Shown: piece after piece, positions 1-12,116 of the stretch
Numbering within the stretch: the first letter of the stretch is position 1
How the letters are laid out: every line of letters begins with the position of its first letter
Source of the DNA: Vitrella brassicaformis CCMP3155
Taxonomy: Eukaryota; Protista; Chromerida
DNA: 64,000 nucleotides
Assembly (NCBI GenBank): GCA_001179505.1
Contig: CDMY01000603.1
Span: 252,749 to 316,748, forward strand
Direction of reading: 5' to 3'
Program-made: the position numbers and the translations under genes
The notes under the pieces: model-generated
Told to the model about the DNA's origin: nothing
The model's input: only the letters and a program-made list of their open reading frames with translations
Database searches by the model: none

Positions 1-271
1 CTTGCCATCCACGTTCGTGTTGAGCACACGCAAAATGTGCTGGAAGTCCTGATTCGCCAACTGAATCGACTGAGGAACAGACAACACACAAGCACACACA
101 GACACGGCACGTGAGTGTCGTACGTACGGCTGTGAGAGGCCTCCCCGCATCGTGAACACCCTCCACCGAGGCGAACACAGCCAGCGGTGGAGATCTCTGA
201 CTGAAGTTGCCTTCCTTCCTGGCTACTGTACGTGTCATGGCGTGGCCTCTCTGCCGTGTGTTTCCTACCAT
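1..271 (-). CDS. RPS18: 40S ribosomal protein S18 (uS13), 5' part; runs off the window
   Basis: ATG-only first exon (271-269) followed by GTAGGA donor, intron 268-70, then exon 69-1 reading SIQLANQDFQHILRVLNTNVDGK. This matches the eukaryotic uS13 N-terminal FQHILRVLNTNxDG motif. Confidence 0.9.
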   Translation of the reverse strand, partial: MVGNTRQRGHAMTRTVARKEGNFSQRSPPLAVFASVEGVHDAGRPLTAVRTTLTCRVCVCLCVVCSSVDSVGESGLPAHFACAQHERGWQ

Positions 272-645
272 CGTGCACACGTTTCCCCTCCTCAGTTGCG
301 AGCTATTTCGCGACGACGAGAAAAAGCTCGCACGAAGAGACGAGAACCACGACAAAGAGAAAAAAACTGGTGTCCTTCTTTTCCTGCTTACACCGTCACC
401 TGCTATATTTTCTGTAGGTGCACTACCCTATGTACGCTCGCCCCTCGTCCAGCACCTATCCTGTGTCGGCGCTCTCTCTCCGAGGATTGTATCAAGTAGG
501 TGCGCCCTGACCGCCGTGTGCGCATATTCGTGTACTCTCCAAAATCGCAGCGAATGAATGCGGGCCAATGCAGCACCCAGGGAGCAGACACCCACGCACA
601 CCCACGCACATCAACACAATTGACCACACCTTGTCTCTTGTCCAG

Positions 646-1200
646 GTATCGAGAGGGCGATTGACAAGGTAGGCACATGCACACAGCCAACCATCAGGAA
701 GACAGACAGCATCAACATTCCCTCTGCATATATTGCTTTTGCCTCTGCAAGCAATCTTCCATACCCGAACATGCCCTCAGGATCAGCGAAGCAATCCAGA
801 GGGACTGCACCAAAGAGAAACTCGACAACAAGCTGATGTACGTGTACACCTGTTCGGCAATATTTCCTGCCTGCTCTGCAGGAAGTCGAAGACTTCACGA
901 AGCTGGACACTGAAAAGCTGTGCAAAGTCCTCAAGCCGAAGCTGACAAAAGCCTGCTGCGGTAAATCACGGCACTGCTTTATGCACATGCATACACTCAC
1001 ACTTCGACCGTTCATGCAGCGATCCTAGTGCCGTTGGTTCCAATCCAGAAGTACGAAGGCTTCGTCCTTTGTCTTTTCTCAAGCGCCTGAATATCAGCGA
1101 GTAGGATGCATGGTGTGTGAATTCTCGTGTATCTGATGCGTGTGGTTGTCAGATCCGCGAGGCCAAAGCGAGAATGCTCGGCCACTTTCTCTCCTTGGTG

Positions 1201-1255
<55 letters not shown>

Positions 1256-1550
1256 GTGTTGTGCTCAGGTCTACGTTGAGATGGATGAGGAGCTCCGCCA
1301 GATTGACGACGACTTCGACAAGGTGGAGCACTCATATGATATGCACTCAGGACATACCTGTCTTTATCTGTCTTTGTCTGTCTTTGTCACCTTCTCGCCC
1401 CCCACCCCACGGTGCCCACCCCACACTCCATCCGCTGCAGGTGGATCGCCACTGTGGGAGGCCCGTCCAGCCGACCCCTCCTACTGCGGCACCCGTTACG
1501 GCACCACCGGCCCACCTCAGCGAAGAGACGCCGCTCACTGGAACGCTGAG
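646..1550 (+). CDS. hypothetical multi-exon protein (model uncertain)
   Basis: Several short AG/GT-bounded segments look coding (SSIPEHALRISEAIQRDCTKEKLDNKL; EVEDFTKLDTEKLCKVLKPKLTKACC; IREAKARMLGHFLSL; VYVEMDEELRQIDDDFDK). Phases could not be fully reconciled and no family was recognised. Confidence 0.35.
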
Positions 1551-1657
1551 GTGAGCAACCAGCCACGAGGCACGCCTGAGGTGTGGGTGGCTCTACCACT
1601 TGTAGTGTTAGTTCCTTTCGACGTTTGTTTCATTTCAACGAGAGCTCAACTCTAGCC

Positions 1658-3440
1658 ATGGCCACATTGAGTGGACAGGCGAGCGGCAGCAACGGCAATG
1701 CGAGTGCAGCAGGAGCACCCACCACCACCACCGAAGGTGCGCGAACGCCCGATGCACAAGAGAAAGAGTCGGGGTGGCAGGCAGTGAGAAGGAGGCAGTT
1801 GCATTTGCACGGAAGAGAGAGCAAAGGACACCACAGCAGCCTTGCGAGTCGGCTGCAAAGATGGATGGTTCTCTCCATCGGTAACTTCTGTCTATGCGTA
1901 TCTATCGGTCTGCTGTGCTGTCTGTCTGTGTCTGTGCAGGCCAGTCAGCGGCTGCGGCTGCGGCACCCGCACCCAGCAGCAACGGGCACGACGTCAAGAC
2001 TTTGGCTCACACTGCTTCAGCGGGCCAAGCGGGACCGGAAGTACTCCCTCGCGACAGCCGTCCTCAAGACGGGCGACCCTCCCCTGCAGACGGCCGTTTT
2101 CCACGAGCTCGTCAACTACGTGCGCGACCCTCGGACGGCTCTACGGCCCGAGGTCACCGTTGAGATGACCTTTGCACTGAGGTGCCTCCAACTCGACTAC
2201 GAGCGCTTCAGGCCCACCTTTGAGGCAACCGGTGAGAACCCTCTCGCTCAGCCGGTCAAGGCAGCGATCGCAGCGGTCTGGAAGGACGGGGAGTGACGGG
2301 GAGGGTGAGGGTGGGGGAGGAGGCTGACGTGGACGTGGATCTGGACGAGTTGACCGATACGGCCTTGAACCAGATGGTACGCACCGCACGGACACAAGCG
2401 AAATGACTGACACATTACATACATTGGCAGGCTTGCCTGGACGTTGTGTTGTGTGTTTTCCCTCATCTAATCTGTGTGGCATCCATCCATCCATCAGGCG
2501 CGTGTGTTGGCCACGCTGACGGACCCTTCAGCGGACATGGCCCTTGTTCGTCGGGTTTTGCACGAGATGATGTGGCGTGGTGTGGACCCCGATTCACACG
2601 CTGTCCAGGCCATCGGGCAGCTGTGCGTGGCGAGTGAAGATCGCAGCACCACTGAGATACTGGCCCGTCACATCGCCTACTGCCAGAAGCTCAACACCAT
2701 ATCGCTGACGGCCATGAACGCTCTCCCGACGGCCATCGCGGTAGAGCTGCTCGTCGAAGAGGTCAACAAGCTCCATAAGGAGATCCGCTACCACATGGGG
2801 GTGTCTCGTGAGATCACACACAGAAAGAAGGCGCTGAATCGCGGTAAGTGGGGGAGCGCAAGTGAATCGCTGGAACGTATAGCTCTGTGTCTCCATCCCT
2901 TCAGGCATTGCTGCCTCCATTTTATATTCGTCGGGCTGTTTATATCCATCTCTTTGCGCGTCAAAGCTGCCCAACACGACGAAAGACGTGGGAGACACAG
3001 ACAGGATCGGCTGTTTACCAGGCGGGAGATTGCTGACGTGGACCTAAAGCAGCTGCGCAATTCATCAATAAATGAGCTGGTACATGCATGTGCGAGAGAC
3101 ACGATGAACGGATTAGCGAGGTTATCACATGTTAGTGTGTCTCTCTGTCTGTATGCCTGTGCGCCATCCATCAGGCGCGAGTGTTGGCCACGCTGAAGGA
3201 CCCCTCTCAGCGGACTATTTGCCCCGACACTGACAGTGAGAAGAGCGACGTCAGTGGTGGGCAGGAGGAGGGCGAAGATGAGATCGAGGAGGGCGAGATA
3301 GCTGATGACGGCGAGGGGGAGGGTGGGGACGAGGGGCCCGAGGGCGATGGTGGTGCCGAGGACGGTCGAGGCAATCCAGGTGTGGGCATGGTGCCTGATG
3401 AAGGCGGTGTCTCTACTGAGATGGTCTATCAGAACCACCC
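1658..3440 (+). CDS. hypothetical protein, possibly frameshifted, with one PPR-like motif and an acidic low-complexity tract
   Basis: ATG at 1658 (MATLSGQ). Exon from 1940 reads ...LWLTLLQRAKRDRKYSLATAVLK.... Exon from 2498 reads ARVLATLTDPSADMALVRRVLHEMMWRGVDPD. A duplicated exon start ARVLATLKDPS at 3175 is followed by an E/D/G-rich tract. Frame breaks near 2295 and 3040. Confidence 0.4.
2905..2960 (+). repeat. module Z (IAASILYSSxCLYPSLCA exon start); further copies from 5293 and 6451
   Basis: Three copies, each preceded by a cttcag acceptor and containing gcctccattttatattcgtc. Copy 3 carries an 8-nt insertion. Confidence 0.85.
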
Positions 3441-3649
3441 TGGTAAGTGGGCCGTCAAGAACAAGGAATATATGTGCACAGATGGTTGGGGATTGGCTCT
3501 TGCTTGATGCCTCTTTGGCTGTGGATGTGTGTGTGTGTGTAGATTGGTTGGACGACTTTGCCGAGATAGCCTTGCACGTGGACGGCGTGTCGAGTGGTCG
3601 CGGCCGCATCATGCTGCCCAGAGACCTGCAGGGGCCGGCCACAGTGCAG

Positions 3650-3850
3650 TGACGGACCTGCCACCGTATCAAGGTCAGCCAGCGAGGGAAGGACACACAA
3701 CCGGACAAGACATCTGAGTGTCGTGTGCATGTGTGTTGTGTGGTGCAGGCGAGTTGCGGTCAGAAATATTCTACTGGGGGGAATTCGGAATGCAGCTCTC
3801 ACTGGTCGGCCAAGCCACCACACCACATCACCGACACACACAGACGCTGT
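3650..3850 (+). repeat. module X copy 1 (TDLPPYQ / GELRSEIFYWGEFGMQLSL exons plus intron); copy 2 at about 6685-6872
   Basis: Direct sequence similarity: gcgagttgcggtcagaaatattctactggggggaattcggaatgcagctctcactgg versus gcgagttgcgctcggagacattctactggggcgagttcggcatgcaactctcactgg. Confidence 0.85.
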
Positions 3851-4080
3851 ATGTGTGTGTGTATGTGCGGGAGAGAGCCGTCGAAGAGTCGCATATTGGC
3901 GCCTACCTGCTGTTTTCGGGCAACCTGGGCAAGCTGGTCGCCCCATCAGTGCACTCTTGCTTCTTGCTGGAGCTCAGCGTCATGGCCAATGACGCCCCAG
4001 GCAACACACGCATACTCCAGGTGCGCCAGTCACTGAGTCAGTGAGGGGCATATGTGCGAGCAGCCGACCGGTCATTCGTT

Positions 4081-4505
4081 GGCTGCCGTTGCTGTGTGTG
4101 CAGACGTGCGACCTGCAAGATACGGACATCAAGAAGAGCGTGCGAATGAGAAACCACGGAAGGAGCCACACACACACGTCTGTTTGTCTGTCTGTTTGTC
4201 TGTCTGTTTGTCTGTCTGTCAATGATCAGGGGGAGCGGCAAGGGCTGGGGCCGCCTCCTGACGACCGACTACGTGACGAGTGCGATGCAGGAGGCCAACT
4301 CGAGAATCTGCCTCTCCGAACCATATACGCCCTCGTGACATACTCACAGCCACACCACATCGATGTCTCTGTCGTTGTCTGCTGCACATCAGTCCCCAGC
4401 TTGAGCCAGCGGGAGCTGATCACCCCGGTGCGAAGGTCGACCCCAGCAGCACTCGCTTGGATGCCTGAACCAGACCCCACCCACATACCCACCAGTACCA
4501 GGTGA
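4081..4505 (+). repeat. module Y copy 1 (about 420 bp); copy 2 at about 5779-6185
   Basis: Both copies run from ggctgccgttgctgtgtgtgcagac to cccaccagtaccaggtgaggga. The ORF track shows the near-identical peptide ...VPSLSQREL(I/M)TPVRRSTPAALAWMP(E/Q)PD in both. Confidence 0.9.
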
Positions 4506-7500
4506 GGGAGATCAAATCAGCACACATACACCCGCCCATTCGCATATGGGGGTGTGCGTCTGTGTGATGGATGTATCAGCACTGGCAGCACTTCTGCCGC
4601 CGCCGCAGCATCCCCCTCACTCACAGACCCCATGCACACCAACGGCGCATCGAGTAGTGGTGCAGCAGCAGACGGGGGAGGGTGGCGGTTGGGCGGCAGT
4701 GTGGTGGGCGGAGTGCGGTTCGAGACCATTGAGGAGGGTGATGAGGAGGATGCCTAGACGCCATCCATGTGCGGTGTGGTGCGTGTGTTGAGACTGGTTG
4801 GCTGTGGTTTGAGACTGGTTGGCTGTGGTTAGGTGTTGGTGGCAATGGGTGGTATGGTCGTTGTTCACAGAGAGATAGATAGGCGATCGGCAAGCGAGAG
4901 GTAGGCGCCAATCGAGATACGGCTAGTTGTGTCCTTTCCTTTCCTGTTTTGCGTCTCCGTGCCTCTCTGTCTAGGTATCCAACAGGCACAGAGACGCATG
5001 ACAAGCTGCACAAGTAGGTGGAGCGCGGCAAACAGAAGGAGAAGGCCAAGAGACAGTGACTGCCGTCGGAGCACAACGCCCTCAAGGTCATCAGATACAT
5101 CAAAAGCGGCAGCGGGCCCCAGCGCGAGTGACCAGCTGCTGATGAGCAAGGCCATGGTCGCCATTAACACGCAGCTGCCCCGTAAGGACAGAAAGACCAA
5201 ATTCAGCGAGACACTGGACCATTTGGTGCGTGAGGATATTGCTGCAAGTGGGCGCCCCAGCTTTGGCCTGAATTTTGTGTATCTCTCTTCAGCCATTGCT
5301 GCCTCCATTTTATATTCGTCAAGCTGCTTATATCCATCGCTTTGTGCGCCGAGTTCCACATCGGAAGGAGAAGCGTCCCTGAAGGGCTGTTGTATGGGCG
5401 CCCCGGCTTATAAAACACCTACACGATCACAAAGTGGGGAAGGCGGAAATAGAGAGAGGCAGAGACTGCAGGGAGAGACAGGGAGGCGGCCTTGGAACAA
5501 AGCATGTTTACCTGTTGGTTGTCTTCGTGCAGGTGGTCCACCGTGACATGAAGGGAGACAATTTGATGTTCGCAGCGGATGGCACTCTCAAGCTTTTTGA
5601 TTTCGACTTCTGTTTTTTCATGGATGTCGAGGGCCACCCACATCGCAGACAAGACATTCTTCCGGGAACAAGAAGATATGCAATGGTGCACGTAGACGCT
5701 GTATATGTGTGTGTGTGCAGGAGAAATCCATCGACGAGGCGCATCTTGGCGCTTACCCGATGTTTTCGGAGACCACGGGCTGCCGTTGCTGTGTGTGCAG
5801 ACATGCGACATGGGGGAGGTGGACATCAAAAAGTGCGTGCGAAAGAAACCACGGAAGGAGCCACACACACACGTCTGTCTGTCTGTCTGTCTGTCAATGA
5901 TCAGTGGGATCGCCTCCTGACGACCGACCGTGTGACGAGTGCGATGCAGGAGGCCAACTCGAGAATCTGCGTAACCACAATGATCTACGCCCTCGGAGGT
6001 ACGTACGTACGTATGACATACTCACAGCCACACCACATTGGTGTCTCTGTCGTTGTCTGCTGCACATTAGTCCCCAGCTTGAGCCAGCGGGAGCTGATGA
6101 CCCCGGTGCGAAGGTCGACCCCAGCAGCACTCGCATGGATGCCTCAACCAGACACCAACCACATACCCACCAGTACCAGGTGAGGGAGACGAACACACAC
6201 ACACACACACACGCAGACATGCACCCACCAATCCACGTGCGTGTGTGATGTGTGTGATGCATCAGCAGCAGCTCTGCGGCCGCCGCCGCAACATCCGCCT
6301 CATCCCCAGACACCTTGTACACAAACGGCACATTGAGCAGTGGCCCAGCACCAGATGAGGGCACTGGACATACACGATCTTTCCCGCACTCCATTCTTCC
6401 CGCCCAGGGCCAGCTACAGATCGCCCATCTGTCTGTGTATCTCTCTTCAGCCATTGCTGCAGCGCTGCCTCCATTTTATATTCGTCAAGCTGCTTATCTC
6501 GCGAGACCCGGCACTCCCATTGCGCAAAAGGCATGGAGAGATGGATGAGGGTGCAGTTGCAGTTGCAGCTTGACAAGAAGCACACCACGAATGCCGACTC
6601 AAAACACGTGGGTCAACGCGATTTGTCTGTATCTGAGTGTACAGTATATATGTGTTTCCCCAGGTATGCGCATGATGCTGCCTTCACGGACCTGACACCA
6701 TACAGAGGTGAGTCAGGGAGGGAGGAGGGAGGAAACTGAGTGTCGTGCGTATGTGTTTGTGTATTGTGTGGTGCAGGCGAGTTGCGCTCGGAGACATTCT
6801 ACTGGGGCGAGTTCGGCATGCAACTCTCACTGGTCAGCCAAGCCACCACACGGCATCACCGACACACGCAGACAAGGGTGGGGTGGGGGTGGGGTGCAAG
6901 GGGACCGTGATGTAAGCACTCAAGGTGCGTGTGGACGGACTGTCCATTGCAGCCATGTATACAAGCATATAGCTTCCCTCATGAGCTCCGACTGACTGAC
7001 TGCAAACGCTCAACGTCGCCAACTTGCACACGCACCAATGCAATGGAGCATCCGCGCGTGCATCCACTAGATAAAATGTCAGAACGCCCTCAAGATCTTG
7101 AGTCTTGACTGCCTCGACAGACAGAGACACGCCAGAACCGTCCAACCAACCGACCACTTCGCAGGCAGGCATCGAGAGACAAAGGGAGCGAGCAGGCGAG
7201 CGACAACACACACGAGAAGTGGAAAGAAGAGAAGAGAAGAGAAGTTCAGCCAGCCACACACCCAGCCACCCAGTCAGAGCCGACATGCAGCGCAGCCACG
7301 CACTTACGCTTCCTTACGCACGCACTTACGCATCCCCGCCCCCACCCTGGCTCCCGAATGCACTCACCCACCCAGTCATCATCATCACCCAATACAACAA
7401 AATACATATCGATATGTCAATTGGACAGCCTCACACGTCAGTCAACTGTTGAGGGTCCTAGCAGCTTGCTGCGCGCGACGGCGGCAGCATATCGCGTGCA

Positions 7501-8372
7501 AGGAAGGGACGAAAAACAGCAGGGGCGGGGAGGGGGCTGGTTGGTTATGCATGATGTTGCCCGCACGCAGGCAGGGATGCAGGGATACAGACACACCAGC
7601 AAGGCGGGCGGGTGTGAATATAAAATCCAGCTGCAGGCAGGAACGAAAAACGATACTCTGTCTGTCTGTCTGTCTTTTCTTTTGTGAGTTCTCGTGCGCC
7701 GCCGTTGGCACACGGAGGGGAGGGGGGGAGGGAGGAGGAACACTACACACACAAGTTGGCCTGATGAGGACGTGCGCGCAGGCACAGACACAAAAGGGCC
7801 TCCCTCGGATAAAAGAGAGCCTCTCCCAGGCGCAGCAAGGGCCGGCCGCAAAGAGCGGTCAATCGGCCGTCAGAGGATAGAATGCTCTCTGCTCACACAC
7901 TCAGACACACACGTACGTGCGCACGCACCCACAAGGCCGCGCTAATTCGTGAGTGAGGGAGAGGGGTCTGCCCGCTCAGTTAGTTGTCCGTCCACACACA
8001 GCTACTACCAATCCACCCAGACGCGCACACACGACACACGGCACACAGCACCCCCAGTCTCCCTCTCTCTTGCACACACAAACAGCACCTCACAGGCAGC
8101 TAGCCATTCGGCTCATGGCACTCAGTCAGACAGCCAGACTTCCAACATTGGACACGAAAAAGACCGAATCAGTAACTGGATGGATGGATGGATGGATGGT
8201 GGGCGGGAGGGAGGGAGGGAGGGAGGGAGGGGGGAAGGAAAAGACACACACGCAAAACCTCCCCGCCCGCCGGCCCTCCGCCGAAAAGTGAATTGACTTA
8301 CAAGACAGACTTACACTCGTACCGTACAAACGAACAAAGATCAATCACTCATATTCTATGCGCGTCGCTCAC

Positions 8373-11300
8373 TCATTCATATCGGTCAAAATAGCCGATG
8401 ACCGGCGCCTCCATGGATGCGTCAGAGGGGTGGCCTGCAGCACACACAGGTCAGGTCACGTCACAGCACACACACATGAGTGAGTGATTTCAATATGCAC
8501 AGATCTCCTTCCTCCCCACCGGTGACCCACCACCTACCGTGGTGAGCAATGATGCCGTCAGGTCGAATAAGGCAGAATGCGGCAGGCTGTCCGGCGTTGA
8601 AGGGCGAGAGGTTGAACTTGTACCTCTGCAGCACCTCCCCCTCGACGTCCCACGCCAGCTGGAGATCAACGCTGCACTCCTGCGGCTCAAACGACGCCTT
8701 GAACTTCTTCTTGATCGCATTCAGAATGGTGCTCATCCGACCAACGCCCTCAACCTACACTCAACTCACACACAATGCGCAGCGCACGTGGTGGCGACGT
8801 GACGACAAGCATGCATCCCGCCCATCCCGCCATGTGTTCGTTCCTCGTTAATTACCATCGGCACGAGGGTGGCCCTGCCGGTGCTGAAGACCAGCAGCAC
8901 TTGCAGCTCCTGGCCCGGCCGCTGGTGTTCGGGCCTCTGGGGGTCGCTGCCGTTGCTCGTCGTGGGGGACGACTGCGCATGGTGGGTGCTCGTGTGGCTG
9001 TTGGCCCCACCGCCCCCTGCCGCAGCTGTCCTCGGGCGAGAGGGCGTGATGGGCGAGGAGGGCTGCGTCTTGGGGGTGGCGTCGTCGCGGCAGGCCTCGT
9101 AGTACTTGGTCTGCAGCTTCACGCCCAGCTTGAGCAGGTCGTGCAACACACCGGACACCTCTATCTCTGCAGCCAGGCACACACATACACACACAAAGGG
9201 ACGTGTGTGTTTGGCTGGTCTGCAATGTGTGCTGTGTGTGGTGGTGGTGGTGGTGTTTCGCGCACCGTCCTGCTCGATGGGGTCTGGGAGGCCGATCGGC
9301 GGGATGTAGCAGGTGCCGCCAAACCATGAGCGCTTGGGCCGGCTGGCCGACGAGAGGGAGGACGTGCCGAGCTCCTCGCCCTTGGCCGGCACACGCAGCG
9401 CCAGCAGCAGGGTGTGCGACGGACGGGCTATCGCCTGACAAGACAACACACGAACGATGGATGGATGCGCAGATGCGATGACTCTGTGCGGCGTACCTGG
9501 TGCAGCCTGACGAATCTGATCTGGTTGTCGTCGACCAGCGCGAGCTTGGCGTCAGGAGCCCGTGACCCCGGTGGCACGCTGCCCTTGATCTGCTCCCGAC
9601 CAACACACCGCCTGAACACAACGGGGAGAGAGAGAGAGGGACAAGCAATTGTCACCATTGAGTGTGCAGATGAGCTGCTATGCTGCTGTGTTGTGCTTGC
9701 CTGTGTATTGGGTACTGCCTGTCCTTCTGCAGTGCGACCAGTGACGGCCCCAGCCACTGGGAGTTGGCCGTCGGCAGGATGGTGCGCATGTTCCACAGCA
9801 GCCCCCCACCGTTCATCGCATCCATGTAGCTCTCCAGCGACGTCACTGCGCCATACATACCCCATAGACACACACACGGACAGACAGACAGACAGACAGA
9901 CATGACACACAGGTGGATGGATGGACGCACTGCGGTGCCGGTGGGTCGTTCGCTGGCTCACTCACTCTTTCTCCGTTGATGCCGTTCGGTGACGTATGTG
10001 TCGAGCAGCGACCAGTCGGCCTGGTTCGCCACGACCGTTGCAAGCTTCCACGCCAGGTTAGAGGCATCCTGACGGACGGAAGAGATATGTACGATGGATT
10101 CATTGTGTTGTGGGTGCGTGTGTGGGTAGGGCCATCCACCTCACTCACCTGTATGCCTGTGTTGATGCCCTCGTCGAAGAATGGCGAGTGCATCTGTGCG
10201 GCGTCTCCGCACATGAACACACGTCCCCATGAGTAGGTGGGCTGGAATATGTCGCACATCGGCACACCTGCAAGACACACAAGGCACATGGGGTCCCTCC
10301 CTCCCTCCCTCTCACACACTCACATGTGGCCCAGTCGACCTCCTCAATCACGCTGCCAGGTAACGCCTGCACACACACACACACACACACAACACACACC
10401 CATCCCTTGGCTTGTGCGTCNNNNNNNNNNNNNNNNNNNNNNNNNNNNNNNNNNNNNNNNNNNNNNNNNNNNNNNNNNNNNNNNNNNNNNNNNNNNNNNN
10501 NNNNNNNNNNNNNNNNNNNNNNNNNNNNNNNNNNNNNNNNNNNNNNNNNNNNNNNNNNNNNNNNNNNNNNNNNNNNNNNNNNNNNNNNNNNNNNNNNNNN
10601 NNNNNNNNNNNNNNNNNNNNNNNNNNNNNNNNNNNNNNNNNNNNNNNNNNNNNNNNNNNNNNNNNNNNNNNNNNNNNNNNNNNNNNNNNNNNNNNNNNNN
10701 NNNNNNNNNNNNNNNNNNNNGCATTGGCAATAGAGTGCAGCTCCCCCCTCGTAGGGCTCAGGTGATGGTAGCACACGATGTCCATCAGAAAGGAGGTCTC
10801 CGTAAGCAGGGGTCTGATGCGGCGGCCGGCAACGACCCGCCACTTGTTGCCGCCGCCCAGCGGCACACACGACACGACCTCTCGGTTCCTGCCCAGCAGC
10901 AGCTGCGCGCTCTTCTTGTTGGCGGGCACCGGCCACTGCGCGCGGATGTCGGCCACGAGGAACTCCATCTCACCGGGGGTGCCGCTGGGCTGGTTAGGGT
11001 GGTGCACTCGGGGAGGCGCGAATTTCTGGTGAGTGGGTGGCATTGCATTGCACGAGAGAGAGAGCAAGAGAAGACAGACCAGAATGTGCGTCACGGCGTT
11101 GACTGACTGACCTTCTTGATGGTCGAGTCGACTCCATCGCACCCCACAAGGAACACGCCGGTGAAGGCGCATTTCTTGGCGTTGAACTTGTTGCGGAAGA
11201 TGTCGCGGGTGCCTTTGGGCTGTGAGGGGTCGGGTGGGGGTCGCGGCCGGACGTTGACGGTGATGGTCTCGTCGGGATGCTCCCCGATGTGGATGCTGTC

Positions 11301-11972
11301 GATCTCGACGTTGCGCTTGATGCACTGCTGGTAGCCCAGACGATTGATGCGGTCGATCAGAATGCGCTCCACTAAGGACTGGTCAACCACCTGCAATACA
11401 CACAATGTCAACACACACACACACACACACAGATACAGCGAAAGGGGGGGTGGGGGATGGCGTGTGACCACTTTCTTGTGTGTTGTTTGTGTGTTGGTGT
11501 GCTCTGCTCACCACAGGCTCTGCGTGTTGGGAAGTGGATCCCTTGAAGGTGCGCTCCGTCACCACTTTGCCGTTGGCGACCAGCCGCTCTGCCGTCAGCA
11601 TATGGCTGCACGCCAGCACCTGATCCACCATGCCAATACCTGTACTCAACCAAACAGACAGCGCACACAACACCAACAAAGCACAGACACAGAGAGAAAG
11701 CTTTGAGTGTCCGCCGTCTCTGCCCGTCCGTCCACTGTCGTACGTTCGAGTGTGTCGAGCGTGGCGCTGTGCAGACATATGGTTCTCCCAAACATCTCAG
11801 CACAGTCGGGATTGCCCTTGTGCGGCCCGGACGACTTGTCGAGCAGCACAAAGCTGACGCCTCTCCTCGCCAGCTCCAAAGCCAGCACAAGGCCACTGCA
11901 GGAGCCGCCGACGATGATGACATCTGTGGCGGTCAGGGTGGGCAGATCAGGCACGCCGTCTGCCGCCGGCAT
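8373..11972 (-). CDS. FAD-dependent monooxygenase (aromatic-ring hydroxylase / FAD_binding_3 family) with C-terminal thioredoxin-like domain; interrupted by an assembly gap
   Basis: DVIIVGGSCSGLVLALELARRGV (Rossmann), FLVGCDGVDS (DG motif), GRVFMCGDAAQMHSPFFDEGINTGIQ|DASNLAWKLA (GD motif) and C-terminal LIRPDG. The last exon ends ...GYFDRYE* at 8373. Confidence 0.88.
10421..10720. other. assembly gap (300 N)
   Basis: Run of N. Confidence 1.
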
Positions 11973-12116
11973 TCTCGGCCGCTCAGGATAGAAGGAGCTC
12001 GGCAGCTTTGCGTCACTGCCCAGTCAGTCACCGCGCCAGATCCGTGATCAGTCTGGCGGTTTCACGCACACCCTAGCAGATATGCTCTGCCAGCTTAGCC
12101 TCCGACTCGGCGAAGA

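Larger units (their letters stand above)
3570..6872 (+). pseudogene. degenerate protein-kinase-like gene(s) built from duplicated exon modules
   Basis: Exon 5533-5685 encodes VVHRDMKGDNLMFAADGTLKLFDFDFCFF...PGTRRYAM (kinase subdomains VIb-VIII). The surrounding exon modules occur 2-3 times with deletions, stops and an 8-nt insertion at 6461-6468. Confidence 0.5.

Noticed and set aside
2880-6500. ATATAAAATGGAGGCAGC on the minus strand (three copies) as a TATA-box promoter or MITE end
   Set aside because: Each copy follows a splice acceptor on the plus strand and shows synonymous-biased changes, so it is a duplicated coding exon.
6990-7900. Coding-looking minus-strand fragments (AVKTQDLEGVLTFYLVDARAD...)
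   Set aside because: Could not be joined into a consistent gene model, and no family was recognised.
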